Assembly: GCA_964016885.1 (NCBI GenBank)
Contig: OZ024745.1
Coordinates: 77,252,001-77,316,000 of the forward strand
Direction of reading: 5' to 3'
DNA length: 64,000 bases
Source of the DNA: Eledone cirrhosa
Taxonomy: Eukaryota
Part shown: positions 54,200 to 64,000 of the stretch, piece by piece
How the letters are laid out: each line of letters starts with the position of its first letter
Numbering within the stretch: the first letter of the stretch is position 1
Translations under genes and position numbers: made by a program
Notes under the pieces: model-generated
The model's database searches: none
The model's input: the letters and a program-made list of their open reading frames with translations, nothing else
Told to the model about the DNA's origin: nothing

Positions 54200-55350
54200 T
54201 GATTTCTTTATTAAGCACAAAGGGTTTACATCAAGAAAAACATTATGACGGCACAGAACAAAACCATAGAGTGTGACTATGTGTGTGTGTTGGAGTTTGG
54301 GTTTTGCATGTAAACCAATTTTAACAATTTAAAAAAAAATGAAAATGAAAATTAAAATAAAGGGGTACCTCAGTAGGGAGGAGACATTCAAGGGTCACTC
54401 ATGAAAAACCCATAAAATCACAGGAGCTATGATCTCGCGTGTCAGAAATCCTGGTTTTGCTGACAGTAGCCACATCCATATCTAGTGATCTGAGGTCATT
54501 CAAGCTAGTGAGCCTGCTTCCAGGACAACCCCAGGCCTTGAACATGTAAACATCCCACTCGTAACATGTCCATGTTGGCAGGCTAAAAGAGAGAGAAAAG
54601 GTCTACTTTCTGGGGCTTGTGGAGGTCAGGTGGTTAGACCTCCATGATTGGTGGGGTTTCCTTCGGGAACCCCTTAAAAGCTGACTCGGGACTTTCACAC
54701 TAGAGGTTCCCGTGTCGCCAGGGAAGCTCTCTAATGTTTTTGTCTGTGTTTACTGGCATCTGCACCTTCAGCAGTGTTTTGAGCACTTAAAAGGTGCAGG
54801 TGCTAAAAATCTCCCCCTCTTTCTCAATATCTTGTTATTGTTGTTTTGGTCGTTGTTGTTGCTGTTGTTTTTGTTAGTGCTATCACTATTGATGTTGTGA
54901 CCGATGTTGTGGTTGTCATTGTTGTTGTTGTCGCTGTTGCTGCTTTTCCTACTTGTTTCTGTTATACTTTTTCCTGTGTGCCTTCAGTATTCTTATGTTT
55001 AATCAGAGTGGCACTTCCATGCTACCTTCTGTTCATCATCAGTGAGTGCAAGTATACTATTATCTTCTTGGACACACTTCTCTCCATCAACATACATACA
55101 TACGTACATACATACATACATGTGTGTGTATGTGTGTGTTTGTGTATAAATGTATGTATATTCGTATATATATATATATATAATATATATACAAATATAC
55201 ATTGAATTGAGTTTGAATTATTTTCCCACATCTTACGTTAACTATTTTTCCATTTTGACGTTATAGTCCCTTATATATTATGAAATACTGTTGGCTTCAT
55301 GCTCACAATAATTTCTACACTTTCATTTATTTATATATATATATATATAT

Positions 55351-55555
55351 AAGAAAAAGTATGACCCCGACAGCAGAGCTCAAGCCGTTTCGACAGCTAT
55401 TTCGACAGCTATTTCTAGTCCAGAAATAGCCATCGAAATGGCTTGAGCTCTGCCGTCGGGGTCATACTTTTTCCTATTTCCCACTCTACTACCCTAAGTA
55501 TTGAGTACTCTGGTGCGTTATGGTCCATCTGGTTCCTTACCACAATTGCTTTGTT
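55351..55555 (+). mobile_element. Diverged third copy of the half-hammerhead hairpin element
   Basis: Same architecture and tail as 37643, TA-flanked, with mirrored substitutions in both arms. Confidence 0.85.
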
Positions 55556-55939
55556 ATATATATATATATATATATATATACCGTTGTTTGTTGTGTAGAT
55601 CCAAGTCAGATCTGATCAAGAAGTCCTGTAATACAGATGGTTGACCAAAAAACAAGACATGACCCACAGATTCATCTTCTTAGTTATATTTTATTACAGA
55701 TGACCCTGCTGCATACTCTGACATGCAGTGATGAATAGTTTGGGGTGCAACATGACAAATTAGATATATTACATGTTCTGTATACATCCATGTATTCTGG
55801 TGGTAGTCACAGTGATGGTAGGGAATGTAGACCTAATAAGAGCATGCCAGTTGCTGTTCCTCTGCAATTACTACTAGGGCTGCACATCACAATACAGAGT
55901 TTAGAACTAATGACGCTATTCATGTTGTAGCTGTTTCTG

Positions 55940-56115
55940 TGTGTATGCATTTCTTATGCTTCTCCAGATTCTGGGAATTCAAGTATTGGTAAGCATAGCT
56001 GTAGTTGTTGATGAGTTCAATGATTCCCTCAGGCCCTATATGTTTTAGGCATATGTTTGTGATTTTGTCCAGCCCTGTGGCTTTTGAGTATTTTTCTTTC
56101 CCTATTGCTTTTGGG
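55940..56115 (-). mobile_element. Small non-LTR RT fragment (Jockey/I-like)
   Basis: SKATGLDKITNICLKHIGPEGI resembles KAPGPD.I.N..LKHL. Confidence 0.45.
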
Positions 56116-57278
56116 TATCTGATGAAAAACATGAATCAAGAGCATGGCTTAAGTGGAAAGAGCATATATACTTCATTTTGTGTTTGTGTTGTTTTTTTGT
56201 ATGATTTTTTTATGGCTTATCAGAAAAATATGACAATGATTAAGAGTATCACATCACAGTGACAGCTGCTTATTGGTTATCTTTAGAGAAAACCTCTTAG
56301 TCATCTTCAATGTATTAGGATAATGGTAGCTACCAAACTTAATATTGTTGTTGTCTTATATTTCACACTCAATTTAGAACCAACATATATAAATACTTCA
56401 ATAAAACAAGCAAAAAGCTAAGTTTTATCAATAAGCATGTCTTTAAAAATCTAATTACCACTATAAGTAGAAAAAAATATCCACCCTGTACTCCTCAAAA
56501 GAAGTCCTTAATAAGATGGCTCCTTTGATTAACAATAGTTTTAAGAAAATTACATGAGCCCTAACCCACAGTTTTTATTGTCCAGGAATAGACACTACAA
56601 AATCATTTTTAAGCATTTTTTGTGACAAATATAGGTAAGCAATTCCTGGCCCTAACAGATAAATGGTTTCCAGCAACCCATTGCTGCAGGATGACTTTCA
56701 ATAGAATTTGCCCTTAGATTAGCTACAGTTGTACTTCCAATATGAAGACGTTTACCACCATTAAATATAGTGTTCCAGATTGTTCACATAAGTAGGTTGA
56801 AAGATGCCCATTAAACAACGTATGCAATATTAAATTGGTTGTACATGAAGTGGAAATTAACTTGACCATGTCACATGAACTAACCAAAAAAGAACTATTA
56901 CATAGGTATGGTTGAGTGTGAACTCAAACAAGAATTGTTTAAGCATAACATATCCTTGACATTTGCTAATTAGCAGACCACCATGACACTGGCCAAACTG
57001 AAGAGGGTCAAACCTATACTCTTTTTTGAATGAAACATTTTTTATCAACTCTTGGATGCTCTATTCTCAGAAGGTGCTGTGTAGTGAATCACCTACAAAT
57101 ACATGCCATAACTTCTTTTATGATATGCAAATGTTACAAACTCACAATAACATATTTAATTTTGCTGTTTGTTTGGGGTTTTTTAAACTCTAAAGTATGA
57201 CAGATATATTTGCCATCGTTGTTGTTGGTATGACTAGACTATGTGTATGTGTTTAATATATATATTAGGTGTTTAATA

Positions 57279-57722
57279 TCTATATATCTAAAACAGAGAA
57301 TGTCTGTCTGTCTGACTCCCTAAAACTCGAGAACCACCCAACCGATTTTTTTCAAACTTTACACATGTAATACTTATGGTTGTGTGAGTGTTTCGAGCAA
57401 AAGGTATTTCAAATTTTCTAAGCCCTAGGGACCGCATTAGGCAGCTATAACGTCGCGCCCTGATAATATATGTCTGTATGTCTGGCTGTCTGCATTACGA
57501 CATTATGACAAACATCGTTCTCATTGATTATGTATTATATTCGCTTTTTTCCGTTCATTGCCAGGGAACGTCTTCATGAACCAAAGTATCATCTTCCTGT
57601 TTTCCTTGGTTGCAACGTTTTTCGAAATATTTACTTCTGCGTTCACAGATTGATTTTTTTAGTTTCAGAAGATCCCATTAAGGGTGAAAGCAGCGCTTCT
57701 TTGCTTAAACTTTAATCTGATA

Positions 57723-57770
<48 letters not shown>

Positions 57771-57895
57771 CACAAAATGTAGACACCATCCCCAGGCCGA
57801 GGTATTCCGTACTTCTCTGTACTGTTTCAGAAAGGAGGGATAAACATGCCAATCTATGTTTTAGAATCCCGAGCAATGCCAGGCCATTCTGCTAG
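57279..57895 (+). mobile_element. Non-autonomous Helitron
   Basis: A|TCTATATATCTAAAA...(GTCT)n 5' end; 3' hairpin cccgagcaatgccagg then CTAG|T; inserted at an AT site without TSD. Confidence 0.7.
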
Positions 57896-58199
57896 TATAT
57901 ATTATAAATATAGTTAAGAAAATACAGCAGAGTAACAATGTCAACCCAATGCCATAAGCTGCACACCTAACACACCTATGGGTAATAACTTTCCACTGAT
58001 ACCTGTACTTACTATTGTTTCACTGATACCTGCACCACTAAGACACGCATCACTAACACCTGCCCCACCACTGCCACTAATACTTACCACTAACATCCCT
58101 CCATCATTACCAACAATAATTGGCTCGAAAGAAATATTCATAATATAAATAAGGACACAAGGCATACTCTCCCCTTCTCTTCAGACATGAAAAGCCAGC

Positions 58200-60425
58200 A
58201 CCAACTCATCCTCCACCCCCACGCACACAGAATCCCATCCCCGAGACTTCAGAGCTGCAACCATCAATGTAGGGACACTGAAAGATAACTCAGGTGAGAT
58301 TGTGGAGATGTTCAAGGGTATGAAAGTTTATGTATGTTGTATACAGGAGACAAGGCAGAGAGGAGAATCTTCTAGACTTTTAGTAGGCAGAAAACGTTTT
58401 AAATTTTTCTGGAAAGGAAACGACAGTGAGTTAGGTGGAGTAAGTATTATGCTAGCAGAAAAATGGGTAAACGCAGTAATTGTAGTAATCAGAATAACCA
58501 ACAGAATCATTACACTTAGACTCATCCTAAATAAAACAATGGTATCAATCATGCTGGTTAATTCACCCCAATACAGACTGCCAGACAAACAAAAAGATAT
58601 GTTCTGTGAATCCCTTATACTTGCAACCTCCCAAACCAGAAACAGTGATTTCACTATTATTACAGGCAACTTCAACAATCGTGTGGGGGTGACAATGTCA
58701 CAGTTACTATGGGGTCCATGGAGGTTTCTGGATTGGTACAAGATATGAGTAGGGATCGAGACTCCACGAATTCTGTAACGAATTGACTATCAACACAAAC
58801 TTTAAGAAACCAGCAAACCAACTGATCACCTATAGTTCAGGTGAGCACACCAGCCAAATTGATTATATCCTCACCAGAAAACCAGATCGAGCAATGGTCA
58901 TAAACACAAAAAGTGTCCTGGATTGGATGAGGAATGCACCTCCCAACATAACCTGTAGTCAGCATCTTCAGAGTCAGAACCAGACAGACCCGGAGTCAGA
59001 GGGCAACCTAGAGGAGAAGGATATGGAACCTGATGGAGCTCTCAGCTCATAACAAATTTAGGAGAATCTTGCTTGATGCTTTTAATAGTAAGGAAGAAGA
59101 AATAGAGATGTACAATAATGAGGAGCAGTGAAGGTTCTTAATGAGGTCTGTGGATGGAGCAGGGTCCCAGGAAGAAGTAGAGTCACTTGGTGGATGTGAC
59201 ACTTAAGGCCAAAAGACAGGCATGGAAAAATGGGAAAATAGAGGAAGCAGGTACCTTTACAAAGAAGCTAGGAGAAAGGCTATATATCAAGTAAACCTGG
59301 CAAGGATAGAAACAGAAAATGAAAAGTTTAAGAATGTTTTACAATGCAAGGACTAAAAGCATGAGGTGTTCAGGATTGCAAGGCAATGTGTCAGGGAAAA
59401 CAGAGATGTTATTGGGGAGAAGTGTGTCCATGGCAACAATGGCACACTTGGCCTCACCGATGCTGAAAAGAAAGCTATATGGAAATACCATTATTAAAGG
59501 CCGATGAATGAGGAAAATGCATGGGAGGAAAACAGCCTGTCCCAAGCATATCCAACAGAAGGTCCAGTTGTACAAGTAAGCAGCAGTGTAGCAAGTAAGG
59601 CAATTAAGAACATGAAGACAAGTAAAGCAGTCAGATAATTGGGAATAGTTGCTTAGATGTTGAAAGTATCAGGGATGGTAGGGCACACCTTAACCACCCT
59701 TGTCATAAACCAAGTAATACAGAATGATGTCATTCCCAATAACTAGCATAGCAGCATCCTTGTCAATTGTTATAAGGGAAAAGGAGATGCCCTAGAGAGA
59801 GCTATCTACAGAGGCAGCAAGCTGATTGACTAGCTCATGAAAGTTACAGAAAGAGTCATTGCACAACTGATTAGAGATCATATACACCTAGACGAGAAAC
59901 AGTTTGGATTTGTGCCAGGAAAAGCACCACTGATGTCCTCTTCCCTGTGAAGCAAATGCAGGAAAAGTACTTGACTAAAAGCAAGCCACTCTACTTAGCA
60001 TTCATGGATCTAGAGAAATCTTTTGACAGTCACTTGCTCTATAATATGGTAGGACTTCAGAAAACTAGTGGTAGATGAGTGACTCATGAGGGCAGTACAA
60101 ACCATGTACAGAGGGGGCCACCAGCAAAGTTAAAATCAACAATGAGCTCAGTGAGGAATCCAGTGCACAAATGATGGTTCACCAGGGCTCCATTCTTAGC
60201 CCTTTGCTGTTCATTATTGTCCTGCAGGCTATAACAAAGGAATTTAAGACTGATTGCCCATAGGAACTCCTATACACTGACAACCTGACCATCATAGCTG
60301 AATCTATGACACAATTAGAAATGAAATTTCAAACATAGCAACAGAGCTTGGAAATAAAAATCCTTAAAGTCAACCTGGCAAAGACCAAAATTCTAGTGAG
60401 CAGAAAAGAAAACAGGGCCATTTCT
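58200..60425 (+). pseudogene. Old degenerate RTE LINE (APE to RT)
   Basis: FRAATINVGTLK, CCIQETR, TYSSGEHTSQIDYILTR, HQGSILSPLLF; many stops and frameshifts. Confidence 0.9.
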
Positions 60426-60444
60426 CTGAGGGGATTGGAGCTCA

Positions 60445-60818
60445 ATTTTCTTTTCTACTGACTAGGATTTTGGTCTTTACCAGGTTGACTTTAAGGTCTT
60501 TTGTTTCCAAGTTGTGCCTCTGTGTATGAAATTTCTTCTCTAATTGTGCCATAGATTCAGTTATGAGGGTCAGGTTCCCATGGGCAACCAGTCTTAAATT
60601 CTTCTATTATAACCTGCAGGACAATAATGAACAGGAGGAGGCTAAGAATGGTGGCCTGGTGTACCTCCACTTGACACTGAATTCCTCACTGTACTCATTG
60701 TTGATTTTAACTTTGTTGGTGGCCCCCTCTGTACATGGTTTGTACTGTCCTCATGAGTCATTCATCTAACACTAGTTTTCTTAGGACCCACCAGATTATG
60801 AAGCAAAGGACTCTGTCA
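60445..60818 (-). mobile_element. Inverted RTE RT fragment
   Basis: Reverse-complement similar to about 60030-60412. Confidence 0.8.
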
Positions 60819-61116
60819 TATATAAATACAAATAAATATATACATATGATTTATTATATACACATCATTTATATTATTGTAATCTGAGTTTTTCGAATAT
60901 TAATAACATTCGATTCGTTTGCAATTTTGCAAACAAGCCTCAATTTTATAGCCATGTCAGTAGAATGAACACTTCATTCTTGCTCTTGTGTTGGCATGCG
61001 AACAGAAATACAGACACTAATGTTTCTGGGTATCACCCTTCATCAGTACAGCTCACTGTTCACCTACCAAACTGTCAGAGCTAGTGAAAATATATGCTAT
61101 TTTCAAAAATACACAG

Positions 61117-61215
61117 TGACTGATCGTTCTGATTTGCATATTAGCAGACTGGCTGATCAGTCAGATCTGCATATTAGCAGATCCACTGATCAGACAGATT
61201 TGCATATCAGCAGAC
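61117..61215. repeat. 33-bp x3 tandem repeat containing ATTTGCAT
   Basis: Units start at 61117, 61150 and 61183. Confidence 0.85.
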
Positions 61216-61818
61216 TGGCCAGTCAGTTTCCTAAGGCAAATTGACTAGGAAATAAAATGTTTAATTAAATATGTATGTGTGTGTGTGCCCATGCGCACAA
61301 TTGCTACAAGTTGACTAGTGTTTTTGTATTCAGTAATAATATATTGCTCCCACCACAATTTTCTCTCTCTATTTTTTTCTTTTTTTTTAATTATTGAATG
61401 TTGAAATCATCTCAGTATAAAGCCATTTTCCATGTTTTCCATCATCTCTCCTTTGCATCACATTTTGATGTTACCATGGTAATTCAAATGCAAGGAGAAA
61501 ATCCCAAATTTCCAAATGATTAGATCCAATCTATTGTAGAGAATGAAATATTAAATAGTATGGCTTTTCTTCTCTGTTTCATTTCATTTGTAAATTGAGG
61601 AGGGTGGGCACAATAGGATTGGCAGTATCTTATAGCATTATTTCTGTAAGAAGAATTCTTTTTGTTTGTTTTGCTTTCCATATTTGTTCCAGTCGTCTCT
61701 CTATCATTCTCTCTTTTTCTATTTCCATCTTCCCCCCAAACACTTAATAACAATCATACCCTTGCAAGCAGGGAAAAGCGGACATAAAATGATGATGACG
61801 ATGATGATGATGATGATG

Positions 61819-61859
<41 letters not shown>

Positions 61860-61861
<2 letters not shown>

Positions 61862-62290
61862 GGGTGTATCAGTTTTTTTTAGGATATTTGCATGAATTTA
61901 GAAAAGACGCATAGCACATCAAACAAATGTTATATTTAGATACAAATTGGTACAAATATTATTTACAATTCATTTATGATATTTATTCAATGAATCCGCC
62001 ATTAGCTTCAATGCCTGCTTCAATATGGGGCCTGAAGCATTGGCATGTCTGAATCAGATGACCTCTATGAATACTGGACATTATGCTGATAATAGCAGAC
62101 TTGAGAGCTTCTATAACATTATGAGGGTGATGATTAAACTCTGTTTCAACTACATCCCATATGTAATAGTTCAGGGAATTGAGGTCTAGTGAGATGGATT
62201 AGCTTAGTATTTCTTGTGCTGTTAATCATGACCAGATTTAGATCGAGGAGAAGGGGACTGGTCCAGTTCAGGTTTGGTGGCATCTTCATA
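61860..62290 (-). mobile_element. Tc1/mariner-superfamily transposase 3' fragment with terminus
   Basis: Minus strand LDLNSLNYYIWDVVETE...QTCQCFRPHIEAGIEANGGFIE; TA|CAGGGTG end. Confidence 0.7.
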
Positions 62291-62294
62291 TAAC

Positions 62295-62386
<92 letters not shown>

Positions 62387-62416
62387 TACATATATATACA
62401 TATATACATATATATA

Positions 62417-63309
62417 CAAGGAGGCTTCAAAAATTTTGTGGAAAAAGTACATAGCTAAAAATCATATGCAGGGATTTTGATTTCAATGCACCTGCACGTT
62501 CTCTTACTAACATGTCATAGTATGTTCTAACATGAACCCTTAAATGCATGTTGCAATACAGTGGCACCAGTTGGAAGTCAGCACCTGCTTCAGCAACATG
62601 GTCTCCATCAAAACATCAAATTCATGGTGAAGCTAGGGGGAAGAGCAGCCAAATCATTGACACCCTGGAGCAAGTTTATGGGGACAATGCCCCAAAGAAA
62701 TCAACAACCTACAAGTGGATAAGTCGTTTTAGAATTGAAAGAGATGAAGTTGAAGATGATCCCCAATTGAAGATGTAAAAAAAGCTGCTTTGACATGGTT
62801 TAAATCGCATGGCCCTTAGTTTTACACAGATGGACCTAAAGGCTGGTATCAATGCTTGCAAAACTGTATTGAGCTAGGTGGAGCATATGTTGTAAAATCA
62901 TTATTTTCATCATCATCATTTTATGTCCGCTTTTCCCTGCTTGCAAGGGTGGGACGGGAACTGATTCTGGCTTGATCTCTACAGCTGGATGCAGTTCCTA
63001 ACACCAACCTCATTTACAGTGAGGGCTGGGTGCTTTTTTGCCGTGGCACCTCCACAACCACTTTGCAGTAGAATGATAGGGACCCCAGTCCCTATCATCT
63101 CATTTCTACAGCTGAGTAAACTGGAGCAATGTGAAATAAAGTGTCTTGCTCAAGGAAACAACACATCACCCGGTCTGAGAATTGAACTCACAACCTTTCA
63201 ATTGCAAGGCCAATGCTCTAACCACTAAGCCATGTGTCTCCATAAACATCATAATTTAAAACATTTTTTCCAACTGTCCTTTTTCCACGAACCTTTTGAA
63301 GTACCCTCG
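62417..63309 (+). mobile_element. Internally deleted mariner element
   Basis: TA|CAAGGAGGCTTCAAAAATTTTGTGGAAAAAG...CTTTTTCCACGAACCTTTTGAAGTACCCTCG|TA; IKFMVKLG...IIDTLEQVYGDNAPKKSTTYKWISRF HTH remnant. Confidence 0.85.
62908..63240 (-). mobile_element. Family-2 SINE inserted in the mariner
   Basis: Reverse-complement similar to 50489-50887, with a shorter tail variant and (CAT)n. Confidence 0.85.
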
Positions 63310-64000
63310 TATATAAAATTGCTTATTTGTTGGTCTGTTTGTTACCAATGCGCTCAAAAGCCAATAAATCAATCATGTTCAAACTTAGCATGAAAGATCT
63401 TTCAACGCAACTACAGGCTGTCCTCAAACTTAGACCTATATTCTTTAAAGGGACAGGAGATAATCCACATTCAACGATAATCCTCTTTCCCACTAATATT
63501 TGTCTCGACTGTTAGTTTGAAGGCTACAAAGTTCTTTCCCTTTAAGAATAACCTCACCTTCTCCCTCACCTTCTCCCTCACCTTTCTGCCACCACTTCCG
63601 TGAGCATGCATTTATTGAACTCAGACCTGTTCCTTCTCGAAATATAAGAACATATGAATAAATAAGATAATGCACATCATGTTTCATCTTAATTTCTTCA
63701 AGCAAACTACAATACTCTTCTATTCTCTTTCTATATATATTTATATTACATGTGATACGATTATTAGAAGTGTTACATGTGTTACACCTTGAAGCAATCG
63801 TTGGTTCAGAAGAATTTTAAATTTTTAAATCGTGACACTGCAAGCAAAAAATGCCACCAAAGAATAGACCTTCATTTGGAAGAAAGTTTCATAAAGCTAG
63901 GGATTGTGCAGCTAAATGTTGTTAAACGACATTACTGTCTTAATTATTATTTTAATGTCCATTTCTTTTTGTTGCATGGTTTAAATGGTTCTGCTGTGCA

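Noticed and set aside
56400-57130. Possible coding remnant on the minus strand
   Set aside because: Short frames with stops and no motif I recognise.
63310-64000. Possible Helitron 5' end
   Set aside because: Only a vague resemblance; no 3' CTAG hairpin or Rep/helicase motif within the window.

Overview
Eukaryotic, very AT-rich, repeat-dominated animal DNA. The repeat types (tRNA-derived SINEs, RTE LINEs with (GAT)n tails, long (TA)n tracts) resemble those of cephalopods/molluscs; this taxonomic call is inference. The only host gene I can support is the last four coding exons of a GPR158/GPR179-like class C GPCR on the + strand (51-135, 1061-1166, 12379-12558, 25188-25502). Its introns hold a frameshifted Naiad-type Penelope-like element (PLE) with inverted, hammerhead-bearing pseudo-LTRs. 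They also hold an RTE LINE with an uninterrupted APE-RT ORF and 203-bp 5' monomers, nested inside another RTE, plus MITEs and transposon fossils. Downstream of the gene are a head-to-tail SINE array and a ~13-kb degenerate (TA)n field (29760-42965). Most unique islands in that field share one plan: inverted arm + hammerhead-ribozyme-like core + one-sided tail. One family is a GC-rich hairpin made of a mirrored 3' half of a hammerhead. The field also contains palindromes of the TA pattern and a ~3.13-kb tandem duplication. All ribozyme calls come from manual pairing; none is tested for activity. Many repeat boundaries are approximate.
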